A DNA stretch of 64,000 bases. Origin: a virus (lineage: Duplodnaviria > Caudoviricetes). The position numbers and the translations under genes are program-made. How positions within the stretch are numbered: position 1 is the stretch's first letter; every line of letters starts with the position of its first letter. This document shows, piece after piece, positions 54,772 through 64,000 of the stretch. The stretch spans positions 1 to 64,000 of the IMG/VR virus record IMGVR_UViG_2558860244_000005; one strand, 5' to 3'. The notes below the pieces were generated by a model. It did no database searches and was not told the origin of the DNA. It was given only the letters and a program-made list of their open reading frames with translations.

Positions 54772-55239
54772 TCAGTTAGCGGGCTCGTAGACGATGCCGT
54801 CTTCGTCCTGGCTCACGATCGTCCATTCCAGAGTAATCTGCCGGGTGGCAATGGTGTTCACGTCGCCGTAGTTACGCGTGCCGCCCATCACGAGCGCCCG
54901 GCCATAAATGGTTCCGAGTTTCGGATGTTCGAACGAAATGGAGGCTGGGTCATCGGAACGGCTCAGGGTGTCCAGAAGATCCTGCCCGGCGTCGTCCGGG
55001 TCGATGCCGACAGTGATCGTCTGGCTGCCAAGCGTGTAACCGCCCTTGGCCTTGCTCTCGCCTCGATTGGTGATGTTGCGCCACGACACTACCTCGTAGA
55101 CGCGTTCGGGCAGATCGCCCAAGTCGCTCACTTCACCAACGTCGGTAAAGGCGAGCGCGGAATAGCCTGCCTCGTTGTAAGTCGCCGGGGCAGCGGCGGA
55201 TACCGAGAACTTTGTCCCGGCGCTCGTGTAGACGCTCAT
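54772..55239 (-). CDS. Major tail tube protein
   Basis: TSAGTKFSVSAAAPATY...VGEVSDLG...GQDLL...ITLEW. Confidence 0.85.
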   Translation of the reverse strand: MSVYTSAGTKFSVSAAAPATYNEAGYSALAFTDVGEVSDLGDLPERVYEVVSWRNITNRGESKAKGGYTLGSQTITVGIDPDDAGQDLLDTLSRSDDPASISFEHPKLGTIYGRALVMGGTRNYGDVNTIATRQITLEWTIVSQDEDGIVYEPAN

Positions 55240-55301
55240 CGTAGTCTCCTTAGAAAAGCCCCGCTGGCGCGGGGTGGCGCATCGCCGGGATCGGCAATCT
55301 T

Positions 55302-55478
55302 TCAGTCAGCCCCGTCAGCGGCCTTGGGTTCGGATTTCGCCTTCGCGGGCGCGCGCTCAAAGCGTCCAGTCACTTCGAGGTCGGTGAATTGCTGCAAGGG
55401 CATCGAGACGGTCGCGCCCTTTTCGTAGGTGGTCCCGTTCAAGGTCGTGCGGCGCGTCGCTTTTGCGCTGATCATCAT
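55302..55478 (-). CDS. Small hypothetical virion protein (58 aa)
   Basis: Coupled to the tail terminator; TYEKGATVSM. Confidence 0.55.
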   Translation of the reverse strand: MMISAKATRRTTLNGTTYEKGATVSMPLQQFTDLEVTGRFERAPAKAKSEPKAADGAD

Positions 55479-55882
55479 CGTGTCTCCAGATAGCTGACGA
55501 GGAAATCCTGGCTCCGGCACCAGATCGAAGGATCCTCGATCATGAAGTCAGGCCCGGCCGAATCGGTGTGGATGGTCACGGCGTCGATACCATCGACAAC
55601 GACATTAACCCGATCCGCCGCCGCACGGCGGACAGCCCGCATCACGGCGGCCCGCTCGGGGTAATCGCTCGCCATGACGGTCACCTGCACGCGCTCGCGG
55701 ACGTGGCGGCGGGCACCGGGGGCCGGGATGTTGCGGTCGTTCTTGCTCACGCTCTCCAGCATGATCCAAGGCAGAGCGAACCCGAGAGGACTAGGACCGG
55801 CTGCAACCCGCTCCGCCGGCACCAGCGACGCAACGCCGGCATCAGCGACAAGCACCTGCACTAGGGCGGCGACGCCATCCAT
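55475..55882 (-). CDS. Tail terminator (DUF3168-like)
   Basis: LVQVLVADAGVASLV..RV...LPWI...RVQVTV; position. Confidence 0.8.
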   Translation of the reverse strand: MDGVAALVQVLVADAGVASLVPAERVAAGPSPLGFALPWIMLESVSKNDRNIPAPGARRHVRERVQVTVMASDYPERAAVMRAVRRAAADRVNVVVDGIDAVTIHTDSAGPDFMIEDPSIWCRSQDFLVSYLETR

Positions 55883-56001
55883 TACAGCATACCCCAGAGC
55901 CAAGCCGACTGGGGCTCGCCTAGCCGCGCGAGCAAATAGCTCGCGGCGACCGCTCCAGCCAAGATCACGCCTACCCGGACGATTAGAGGTCCATTCGACA
56001 T
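55882..56001 (-). CDS. 39-aa hydrophobic peptide
   Basis: MSNGPLIVRVGVILAGAVAASYLLARLGEPQSAWLWGML; TGATG overlap upstream and TAATG overlap downstream. Confidence 0.6.
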   Translation of the reverse strand: MSNGPLIVRVGVILAGAVAASYLLARLGEPQSAWLWGML

Positions 56002-56555
56002 CAGACTGCCTCGTCAACCGGAGCGATGAAGCCCGTCTTGCCCTCCAAGAAGGCGCGGATCTTGCTGGCGTAAGCCTGGACGGCTTCATCAGCCTTCGCA
56101 TCAAGGGCCGGCCGCATAAACGGGTGAGCCGCGAAACCGGGATGATGGATGATGCCAGAGACATAGCGATCGCCGATTTTCATGGGCCGGGTCGTTACCT
56201 TGCCCTTGCCCTCGGCGGCATTGCGCACAGCAACCTTGCCCTGACCCGCCCCGGTGCGCGCAATAAGGTGGGCAGCAACGCCGAACTCGAAGAACGCGCC
56301 GAGGTAGGCGTGATCGCCGACCAGGCGGATGCTGACCGAGAACGTGCCGTCCTGATTCTGCCGGGGCGAGCCCGTCTTGATCGCCTTGGCCATCTTGCCA
56401 CTCTGCTTCGGCGCCCGGGCGCGAGCCTCATCGCGGACCGGCGCCGCGGCGGCGGTGAGCCCTTGGCGGATTGCCTGCTTCTGCATGCGCTGCGGCAGGG
56501 CCGAGAGAAAGGCGTCGAGATCGGCCAGCCCCTTGACCGGAAAATTGCGGCTCAT
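56001..56555 (-). CDS. HK97 gp10-like neck protein
   Basis: VKGLADLDAFL...FFEFG...HPFMRPALD. Confidence 0.88.
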   Translation of the reverse strand: MSRNFPVKGLADLDAFLSALPQRMQKQAIRQGLTAAAAPVRDEARARAPKQSGKMAKAIKTGSPRQNQDGTFSVSIRLVGDHAYLGAFFEFGVAAHLIARTGAGQGKVAVRNAAEGKGKVTTRPMKIGDRYVSGIIHHPGFAAHPFMRPALDAKADEAVQAYASKIRAFLEGKTGFIAPVDEAV

Positions 56556-56905
56556 GGCTTCTCACCCCGTGTCGAGAGTTCCTGGACGATCAGTTCCAAG
56601 CCTTCACGGCGGCCCAGCTCGGCGGGCCCCGATACGATCTCCATGACGCGGCCCCGGTAAACCACCCGCATGTCGGCGGTGATGTCCTCGCGGTAGCGCA
56701 TCCGAATGCGAGCCGGCCGTTGCTGCATGGACGCGTTCTCGTCCACGCTCTCCGCGCGGCTCGGCAGCACGTCGCGCACCTGCGCCCAGACCTTCACATG
56801 CGGCTGCCAGGTCGTCTTCGACGTGTTGTACGTCGGATCGCGCGTGGTCACCGGCTTCTCGAACTGGATGCGCCGGTCCAATGAGCCCGCTGCGATCATG
56901 CCCAT
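56552..56905 (-). CDS. Head closure / head-tail adaptor
   Basis: AGSLDRRIQF...IRMRYREDITADMRV. Confidence 0.88.
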   Translation of the reverse strand: MGMIAAGSLDRRIQFEKPVTTRDPTYNTSKTTWQPHVKVWAQVRDVLPSRAESVDENASMQQRPARIRMRYREDITADMRVVYRGRVMEIVSGPAELGRREGLELIVQELSTRGEKP

Positions 56906-57483
56906 CAGATCAACACCCGGCGAAATTGCCCGCAAAGTTGTTGAACCCCGAAGGGCACTTCCGCCTCGGTGCCGCGATCAGTCACAGCTTCGCGGTTTTT
57001 GTAGAGGTGGCCGAGGAACAGCCGAACCGCCGCCAAGAGCGAAGGCGGCGCCTTCCCCTCGGGGTAACCGGCAGAAAAGACTATGCGGACATCTCCGCCA
57101 ATGTCTCCCGGCCAGCGTGCGCCCATCCTGGGCAGTACATCACCGCGGGCATTGATGCGGTAGTCGGCAGGGCTCCCTTGCACGGGAAGGCCAGCGCGGT
57201 TGACCCACGCCACCGATGTGATGGCGGTTACGGGCCCCATGCTGAGGGTCAGAACCTCGGCGCCGCGGGGAAAGCCAGCGGCGGACCACTCGATGCCGGC
57301 GGCCGGCCCCAGTTTGAGGGAGCAATACCGCTCCACGAAATCGATCGAAGCGTCGCGCAGCGCCTGGATCAGAAAATCCTCATCGTCGCTGTCGGCCCGC
57401 AGATGCTCTTTGCACGCCTCCAGCGACAGGATCGCGTCGCCGTAGCCTTCCGGAAACGGCGCGTGGAGCAGCTCAAAGATCAT
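56905..57483 (-). CDS. Head-tail connector (HK97 gp6-like)
   Basis: LSLEACKEHLR..DDEDFLI...LLAAVRLFLGHLYKNRE. Confidence 0.88.
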   Translation of the reverse strand: MIFELLHAPFPEGYGDAILSLEACKEHLRADSDDEDFLIQALRDASIDFVERYCSLKLGPAAGIEWSAAGFPRGAEVLTLSMGPVTAITSVAWVNRAGLPVQGSPADYRINARGDVLPRMGARWPGDIGGDVRIVFSAGYPEGKAPPSLLAAVRLFLGHLYKNREAVTDRGTEAEVPFGVQQLCGQFRRVLI

Positions 57484-57498
57484 CTGCGGGTCCGGCGA

Positions 57499-57795
57499 TC
57501 AGTCGGCCTGGGAGGCCTGAAGGTTGGCTGCCACAGCGGCGTCGGGCGACAAGGTAGGATCGTTGAAGTCGATCTGATTGGCCGACACCGTCTGCCCCTT
57601 GCGGGGCGTGTTATCGACGGCCGGGTGATCGGTATCGATGCCGCTGACGATCTCGGGTTCGATCAAGGCTCCCGATGCCGCAACGTCGGTGGCGGGGGTC
57701 AGGTCTGCCAGCGGGGACAGGGCGGTGTCGGGCACGCCGGGCACGTCGGATAGCTTCACATCGCTGGTATCCACGGTCTTTTTCGCAGCAGTCAT
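57499..57795 (-). CDS. Acidic hypothetical protein (98 aa) after the capsid gene
   Basis: RBS AAGGAG; MTAAKKTVDT...IDFNDP. Confidence 0.7.
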   Translation of the reverse strand: MTAAKKTVDTSDVKLSDVPGVPDTALSPLADLTPATDVAASGALIEPEIVSGIDTDHPAVDNTPRKGQTVSANQIDFNDPTLSPDAAVAANLQASQAD

Positions 57796-57854
57796 GTCGA
57801 TCTCCTTCGATAGTTCGACTAGGGAAACCGGCGGGCTTTCACCCGCCGATCGGA

Positions 57855-59135
57855 TCAGGCGCCGATGATCAGCGCCTTCATGGCGTCCGGGTTCTTGACG
57901 CCGCCGCCCACACGCTTGGTGGTGTAGAAGTGGACGAACGGCTTGTTGGTGTAGGGATCGCGCAGCACACGGATTCCGATGCGGTCGATGACGAGGTAGG
58001 TTTCCCGCATGTCGCCGTAGAGCGCGGCGATATTGCCAGCGGCCACGGACGGCATGCCCGGAAGGTGCGCTACCGGCTGCCCCCCGATGGTGGCAGGCTG
58101 GCCAGCCTCGAAGGCCGGCTGCCACAGGTAGTTGCCCTGCCCATCCTTAAGCTTGCGAGCGGAACCGGCCGTCGTCCTGTTGAGGAAGAGACGTGCGTTA
58201 GCCTCATACTCCTCCGGAAGCTCATAGATGAGCGTCATCAGACCATCGCCCGTGAGCGCGGCCGCCGCACCGGAATTCACGGCTTTGATGTCGCCCCAGG
58301 GGTGACGTGCAGCATTTGCGCCGCCGGTGACGTAGGTCAGGATGCCGTGAGGCTTGTTGTTGCCATCGCCCGAAAGGTTGGCGATGCCCTCCTGACGGGC
58401 AAACTCGGTTTCGACTTCGTCGGCCAGCCAAGCTTCGACGTCGAATTCCGCGTCGTCGATCAGGCCCTGCGATGCAGCAGGATTGGCGTAGAGCTCACCA
58501 AGGCCCCAACCGAGCGAGGTAAGCCCCGGCGTGGTGGTTGCAGGTCGAGCGGCAGTTTCACCGACCCAGCCCGAACCGACATTGCGATCCGAAAACACCT
58601 TGCTGAAGCCAGCGCCGCTGATCGAGATGACAGTCGCGTACTGACGGATGGACGACACCTGCTTGAGCCGACTTGCCAGGGTGCGATCCCACTCCACAGG
58701 CGCCAGGTAACCGCCTTCGCCATCCGTCTTCGTCGCGGCAGCCTTCACCGTTTCGAGCCGATCCGAGCTGACGCCGCGGCGGAAGTAGGAATTGAACTGC
58801 TCGGTATATTCGGGGTCCCGCGGATCTTCCTTGCCCCCGATCTTGGCTGCCGCGATCTTGGCCAGGGCGGCGTCCATCGCCTCTTCGATATTGCCGATCG
58901 AAGTGTTGATGCGCTCGACGTGCTCCTGAAGCACCGCGTCGTCGACCTTGGACTTGAGCGATTCTTCATGCTTCGCGCGCATTTCCACGACAGCCTTGTT
59001 CAGCTGTTCGAAGAGGGCTTTGGGATCGTTTCCATCGGCGCGGATGGTGGCGCCGAGCAGTGCTCGGGGCGCGGCGGCCGCGGTGAGAAGGGCGCACGGC
59101 GACGACGCCCCAAGGATGAGGTGATTAGGCTTCAT
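57855..59135 (-). CDS. Major capsid protein (HK97 fold)
   Basis: DGEGGYLAPVEWD, WVGETAARPAT, LWQPAF, LRDPYTNKPFV. Confidence 0.95.
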   Translation of the reverse strand: MKPNHLILGASSPCALLTAAAAPRALLGATIRADGNDPKALFEQLNKAVVEMRAKHEESLKSKVDDAVLQEHVERINTSIGNIEEAMDAALAKIAAAKIGGKEDPRDPEYTEQFNSYFRRGVSSDRLETVKAAATKTDGEGGYLAPVEWDRTLASRLKQVSSIRQYATVISISGAGFSKVFSDRNVGSGWVGETAARPATTTPGLTSLGWGLGELYANPAASQGLIDDAEFDVEAWLADEVETEFARQEGIANLSGDGNNKPHGILTYVTGGANAARHPWGDIKAVNSGAAAALTGDGLMTLIYELPEEYEANARLFLNRTTAGSARKLKDGQGNYLWQPAFEAGQPATIGGQPVAHLPGMPSVAAGNIAALYGDMRETYLVIDRIGIRVLRDPYTNKPFVHFYTTKRVGGGVKNPDAMKALIIGA

Positions 59136-59149
59136 GATATCCTCAGTGG

Positions 59150-60034
59150 TTAAGCCCGGAGGCTGTCCAGAACAGCGGCGGCCGAAGCCATCCAGTCGGT
59201 GGAGCCAGCGCCAGGCGTGGCTTTGTCATCGGCAGCGTCCGGCTTGCCTTTGATGCTTTTGATCCGGGCGCGCGCTTGTGCGCGGGTCATGCCCGAATTT
59301 ACGAGGGTCAGCTCCATGGCGCGAACCTCATTGGCTTCGCGGTCAGACGCCTTCGCGGTCTCATCGACCTTCATCTGATCGGCTGCCAGAAGCGCGTTGG
59401 CGAAGCCCCGTTCGATAGCCATGGAGCCCGACATCCATGTTTCGTCGTCCATCCATCGGGCACAGGTCTTGGCCTCCTGACCGGATCGAGCGGCATAAAC
59501 GTCTGCCATTGCCTGGTCGAAGGGGGCCAGAAACGCGGCGACCTCTTCGAAGTCATTGCGGTTGCCCGCCGCCACGACCCAGCAATTGTGGATCATGAGG
59601 AACGACGCCGCGCCAATTTCGATGGTATCAGCGGCCATGGTGATCACTGACGCTGCGGACGCGGCCATGCCCATTACCTTCACGGTGATGGGCTGCGGGT
59701 GCTCGCGCAGCACGTTGTAGATGGCGAGGCCTTCGAACATGTCGCCGCCACCGGAGTTGATCTGAACCTCAATCGGCCGATCACCGATGGCGCGCAGCTG
59801 AGCAGCGACCCTCTTTGCGGTAACGCCGCCACCCGTCCACCAATCCTCGCCGATCACATCGAACATGGTGATGACGTTGTCCCCCTGCTCAAGGGCCGAT
59901 GGGCGAATGCCGGCTGCATCCTCGCCCCAACGGTCCATTACGGGCAGAGGGGAGAAAGCAGACACGCGGCGATCGGCAGGAACAGGTAGCGCGGCAGGCC
60001 GCGCCATCGCCATCACTCGGGGCATTTTACGCAT
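59150..60034 (-). CDS. ClpP-like head maturation protease
   Basis: INSGGGDMFEG, AASAAS, MIHN, ETWMS. Confidence 0.92.
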   Translation of the reverse strand: MRKMPRVMAMARPAALPVPADRRVSAFSPLPVMDRWGEDAAGIRPSALEQGDNVITMFDVIGEDWWTGGGVTAKRVAAQLRAIGDRPIEVQINSGGGDMFEGLAIYNVLREHPQPITVKVMGMAASAASVITMAADTIEIGAASFLMIHNCWVVAAGNRNDFEEVAAFLAPFDQAMADVYAARSGQEAKTCARWMDDETWMSGSMAIERGFANALLAADQMKVDETAKASDREANEVRAMELTLVNSGMTRAQARARIKSIKGKPDAADDKATPGAGSTDWMASAAAVLDSLRA

Positions 60035-61259
60035 CGGGCTGTCCTTGCATCCAGGCGGGGGTGTTGCCCCATTCCTCAGGGTTCATGTCCATTTTGTCGC
60101 GGGCCTCATTCGGCACCATGAAGCCGCCGGCGCCGGGCCCACCGAGCGCCTTGGCGAAGAATTCTGCCTGATCCTTCAGGGAGCCGCGCAGCAACGCGGC
60201 CTCGTTGAACTTGGCATAATGGTTCGCCCGGTCACGGTCGTTCAGGAGGGACGACGCAATGGTCTCTTCCCAGGCGTTGAACCAGGGGAGCAGGCAGTAG
60301 GTCACAAGAAAGAGGCCGAGCTGTTCGATACCGCTGCCCCAACTGGTCTCATCGAACATCAGCAGGGGGCGTGGGACGCCTGTGTATCGGCTGACTTCCT
60401 CCGCCTGGTGCTTGCGCTGCGCCAGACCTTCAGCGTCTTTGCCGGTAGCTCCGAACGGCTTTGCCTCCATCCCCTCTTCGGCAACGACCCAGCGGCCCGC
60501 GTTTTCCGATCCGACGAAGCGCTCTTCCCATTGAGCTCGCAGGTTCAAAATGGCTTGTTCGGACAGGGATTTCGGATGCTGCAGGACTCCGCCTACGTAA
60601 GCCCCGTTCTTGAGCATCCGCGAGGCGGCTTCGTCGGCAACATTGGCCAAGCCCAGTGCTTCGGCCGCCACCTTCAACAGGCCATCGCCTGAAATCCCAT
60701 CGCTCGACCAGGGCGCGCGGAGGTGAAACACTTCGTCAGCCTCGAACCTACGCGTAGTTCCGTCTTTCGCCTGGTAATCGTACGCCAGCGCAAAATCCTC
60801 GCTGAGAACCGGCTTCACGCGCACAGGATCGAGCGGCGCGAGCGCCTTGATTCCCAACAGGCCCGGCACCTTGTAAGCGTAGGCATTCCCTCGCAGCAGC
60901 GCCCGGCCTTGCATGTAGCTCTTGAATTGGTACGGCGTCTGCCAGCTGTTTGGCTTCAGGCGGAGCAGCTTCCACACCGCGTGATTGTCGGCCTTCTCGA
61001 TGTTATCGCCTACACGGCGGTGAAGGTTCAGCGGCAACATACCGATGGTGGACGCGATCAGGTTGACTGCGCGAAAGAACGTCGCGTTGGATAGCGCCGA
61101 CCGTTCCGTAACTGGGCGACCGGCGCCTCTCGCAAACCCCTCGCCGAAGAAGCCCTCGGGCAGGCTCCCGCGGTCGAGGAAGCCATTTGCCTTCACGGCG
61201 GACGACGCACTGTCCGTGCCGGCGCCTGCCCAACCGAAGAAGCGTTCAGCCCAGCCCAT
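60027..61259 (-). CDS. Portal protein (HK97 family)
   Basis: LIASTIGMLPL, PNSWQT, LLRGNAY, EVFHLR, PNEAR. Confidence 0.95.
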   Translation of the reverse strand: MGWAERFFGWAGAGTDSASSAVKANGFLDRGSLPEGFFGEGFARGAGRPVTERSALSNATFFRAVNLIASTIGMLPLNLHRRVGDNIEKADNHAVWKLLRLKPNSWQTPYQFKSYMQGRALLRGNAYAYKVPGLLGIKALAPLDPVRVKPVLSEDFALAYDYQAKDGTTRRFEADEVFHLRAPWSSDGISGDGLLKVAAEALGLANVADEAASRMLKNGAYVGGVLQHPKSLSEQAILNLRAQWEERFVGSENAGRWVVAEEGMEAKPFGATGKDAEGLAQRKHQAEEVSRYTGVPRPLLMFDETSWGSGIEQLGLFLVTYCLLPWFNAWEETIASSLLNDRDRANHYAKFNEAALLRGSLKDQAEFFAKALGGPGAGGFMVPNEARDKMDMNPEEWGNTPAWMQGQPDA

Positions 61260-63031
61260 CAGAAGACCACCAGTCCGCGATCTTCATAGACCGAGACGCC
61301 GTTGTCGTTCGCAGCAACGGGGTTCAGCTCAAGCAGCTTGGTGGCGTTCAGCCCAGCCATGAACGGATCGATTTTACCCGTCCCTTGGGTGTTCTTCACG
61401 ATCATCACCGTCTGCCGTCCTAACTCTTCCTTCGCGTTGCTTACGCACCACGCCATCATGCGCGACCCGTCATGGACCGCGCCGTTGAATTTCAGTTTCC
61501 GGGCAAGGCCCACGATCGCCGACATGAGACGGAACCCTTGCCCGACCGACACCACCTGCGGATCTTCCAGGCCGATCTCTGCCAGCGCATCGACCAAGTC
61601 ACTTACGCCTTGGGGGTCGAGGCCAACCGCCCCGCGTTCTGGTAGAAGGCCGCTAGCCTTGACCTCTTCGATGACGGCGACAATTTCGCGAATGTCCTGG
61701 GGACGCTCGTAGGCGGTATCATCTGCGTCCAAGCCGAGCGTTTCCGACACGACCTCCGAACAAATCACCAGATCGCCGTCGCTTTCGTAGTCGTGCAGCT
61801 GAGCCGCGATCTCCTTGCGCCGAGTGAGCACGTCAGGCCAGCACCAAGCCTTGAACCAATACAGCCAGCGCCCGGTCCCGCGTTCGCGGCCGGCAACGCA
61901 AAGGCCGTACAGGTCATCGAGGCCGCCGCCGTCAACGCCCACCACCGCTACTTCCGAACGAGCGAGAAGGCTGGCCAACGTCAGCGACTTATCGGCGCAG
62001 GCTTCCCAGTAATCTGTCCCGCGCCAGCGATCGCGCCGCAAACGAAGCCCGATCTCGACGTTCAGGTGCTTCGCCAGAAACACCTGGAGCCCTTCGCCTT
62101 CGCCGATCTGCTCTTTGCCCAGCTCGGCCTGGAGCCATTCGACTGTGACCGATCGGCCGATATGAGGGTTCGTAACGTAGAAGAATGCCGGGTCCAGATA
62201 CGCTTCGGCATCCAGCATTTCGACCGGCCACTCGTAGAGCATAGCCATGGTCTTTGGGTCATCAATAACGCCGTCGCGCACGTCCCGCATGTACGCCAAC
62301 TTGGTCTTGTAGACACCGCTCGGAGGTTCGTCCGAATGGGTCGTAATGTAGAGTGTGAAGGCTTCAGGGCGGGCGGATCCGCCACCGAGCGCCTCTCGCA
62401 ACATCGCTGCCGCCTTCGGCTTCTTTCCGAACAGCCACAGCTCTTCGATAAGCGTAATCGAGGCCTTGCCGCCAGCGACGGTGTCGCTGTCAGCCGCGAT
62501 CACCTTGAGCACGGCACCCGTGTCCAGATGCTTGATCTGGCGTTGGTGCTCGATCACCTTCAAGACAACCGACAACTCCGGGTCGGCTCGGACCATGCCC
62601 ATAGCCGGCTCGAAGCTGTTGTTGGCAACTTCCAGCGTCGGCGCCAAGATCTGGAGAATGGCGTTCGGCCGCCAGTTAAGAATCAGCGCCGTCACCATGA
62701 TGCCGGCGGCGATCATGGACTTGCCATTCTTCTTACTGATCAGGAGCATAAACTCCGAAATCAGCCGCTTTCCCGTTTCCGGATCCTCGGCGCCAAAGAT
62801 CGCGGCAACCAGATCGAATACGAAGTCGTCGCAGACCTCGCCTAACGTCGGGTGTCGTTCGACCTCACCGACAACGACCTTCGGCAGATCGACGACCTGT
62901 AAGGACTTGAAAACCCCAAGTGCATCCTCGGCCTTACCGGGAAACAGAGGCGGGCACGGCACCAGGCTCTTTCGCGCAACGATCCGTTCCTGCCAATCTA
63001 GGCAGGCAGTGGACCACTTCGGCGCAGCCAT
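61259..63031 (-). CDS. Terminase large subunit
   Basis: LISKKNGKS Walker A, LIEELW, GVDGGGLDD, GKIDP. Confidence 0.95.
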   Translation of the reverse strand: MAAPKWSTACLDWQERIVARKSLVPCPPLFPGKAEDALGVFKSLQVVDLPKVVVGEVERHPTLGEVCDDFVFDLVAAIFGAEDPETGKRLISEFMLLISKKNGKSMIAAGIMVTALILNWRPNAILQILAPTLEVANNSFEPAMGMVRADPELSVVLKVIEHQRQIKHLDTGAVLKVIAADSDTVAGGKASITLIEELWLFGKKPKAAAMLREALGGGSARPEAFTLYITTHSDEPPSGVYKTKLAYMRDVRDGVIDDPKTMAMLYEWPVEMLDAEAYLDPAFFYVTNPHIGRSVTVEWLQAELGKEQIGEGEGLQVFLAKHLNVEIGLRLRRDRWRGTDYWEACADKSLTLASLLARSEVAVVGVDGGGLDDLYGLCVAGRERGTGRWLYWFKAWCWPDVLTRRKEIAAQLHDYESDGDLVICSEVVSETLGLDADDTAYERPQDIREIVAVIEEVKASGLLPERGAVGLDPQGVSDLVDALAEIGLEDPQVVSVGQGFRLMSAIVGLARKLKFNGAVHDGSRMMAWCVSNAKEELGRQTVMIVKNTQGTGKIDPFMAGLNATKLLELNPVAANDNGVSVYEDRGLVVF

Positions 63032-63035
63032 CGCT

Positions 63036-63524
63036 TCAATTCAGCAGGAGCGGCGGCGGAGTGCGGGCGGCGAATTTGCCGCTGGCATTTGCAGCCGCTT
63101 CCTTCGCGGCTTCCTTTTTCCCCAGACGGGGCGATGGCGCCGCATCGGACCGTCCGCGATCCTTGATCTTCTCGCCCAACGTTCGGACCTGTTCGGCTTG
63201 GATCATGCCGGCCAGTGCCTTCTCTGCCGCGACGTTGCCATCCTCGGCAGCTTGGTTGAGCCGTTCGAGCTGCCGCGCTTTCATCATCAAGGGCGCATGC
63301 CCAGCCCGAGCGATCTCGTTAAAATAATGCTTGTAAAACGTGGGCTTAGTGATGCCGAGCACCTTGGCGATGTCAGCAGGCTTGTGCCCACAAGCGAATA
63401 AGAGACTGACTTTGTTGGAGTTTTCGGCGGTCCAGACATGTGCAGGCCGACCACGCCCCTTTTCAGGCAGCAGCGGCAGGCCGAACATGTCGGTCTGACC
63501 ATCCGAAATTCCATCGTGCGACAA
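63036..63524 (-). CDS. Terminase small subunit (putative)
   Basis: GRPAH, HTH IAKVLGITKPTFYKHYFNE; directly upstream of terL; TTG start uncertain. Confidence 0.75.
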   Translation of the reverse strand: MSHDGISDGQTDMFGLPLLPEKGRGRPAHVWTAENSNKVSLLFACGHKPADIAKVLGITKPTFYKHYFNEIARAGHAPLMMKARQLERLNQAAEDGNVAAEKALAGMIQAEQVRTLGEKIKDRGRSDAAPSPRLGKKEAAKEAAANASGKFAARTPPPLLLN

Positions 63525-63597
63525 AAAAAATCTCCGAATGGGACGAGATGCGGTGCAGAGGGGCCGCCCCCTCCGAACTTTCGACCACCCCCCCTAC
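63525..63597 (-). other. Putative cos region of the siphoviral prophage
   Basis: GGGGGGGTGGTCGAAAGT...GGAGATTTTTTTT between HNH and terS, the usual cos position. Confidence 0.55.
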
Positions 63598-63923
63598 CCG
63601 CGACCGCCGCGCGCCCGCCGCGCCCGCGCCGCGGCCGTCTTGGCATTGTGATGCCCGGCGCAGTACCAATCCATCTGGTCGAACGGAGGCAGGTCCGCCC
63701 CGCCGTCCTTCCGCTCCTCTCGGTGATCGAGGATTAGGCGATGTGTGGAGCCGCAGATGAGGCACCACACGCCGCCCTGGCGCTGGATCGTCCAAGCCCG
63801 GTGCCGAGCCCGATAGTCCTTCCACTCGGCCGACTGGTAGAAGCTGTCGGCCACCTTCGGCATCGCCGCCACCCGAGGTGGCAGTGCGCCGAGACGCGAC
63901 GGCATCGACTTCAACCGGCCCAT
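63594..63923 (-). CDS. HNH endonuclease (packaging-associated)
   Basis: FYQSAEW...CLICG...LDH...C..HH..KT. Confidence 0.88.
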   Translation of the reverse strand: MGRLKSMPSRLGALPPRVAAMPKVADSFYQSAEWKDYRARHRAWTIQRQGGVWCLICGSTHRLILDHREERKDGGADLPPFDQMDWYCAGHHNAKTAAARARRARGGRG

Positions 63924-64000
63924 GATGGCTCCGAAACGACAACGGGCGACAGAGACCGAAGTCACTGCCGCCCGCGTCTCAGGGGGAGAGGGTTACGCTT

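Larger units (their letters stand above)
39047..64000 (-). mobile_element. HK97/lambda-like siphoviral prophage (partial, continues right)
   Basis: HNH-terS-terL-portal-ClpP-capsid-neck-tail-TMP-tip-lysis co-oriented on the minus strand; left boundary at the tRNA fragment is inferred. Confidence 0.85.

Overview
GC-rich alphaproteobacterial (Sphingomonadaceae-like) DNA made almost entirely of mobile elements that appear stacked at one tRNA-Met(CAT) 3' end. From left to right: (1) part of an IS3-family element (1-701) inserted in the relic of a large serine recombinase. (2) An apparently complete ~37.8 kb P2-like prophage bounded by a 14-bp direct repeat (1279-1292 and 39033-39046). It has P2-type head, tail and lysis genes, a lambdoid CI/Cro switch, Ogr, a primase-helicase and a serine integrase. 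(3) The lysis, tail, head and packaging half of an HK97/lambda-like siphoviral prophage on the minus strand, running off the right end. Accessory loci of most interest: a HipA-like kinase + DUF3037 pair; a LexA-box-associated SRAP / YozE-like / Zn-finger cassette present in BOTH unrelated prophages; an XRE + ImmA/IrrE + 42-aa peptide module with its own operator; HIRAN and Zn-ribbon genes behind cI; a GapR homologue; and several membrane morons. All family assignments come from motif recognition by eye; no database searches were run.
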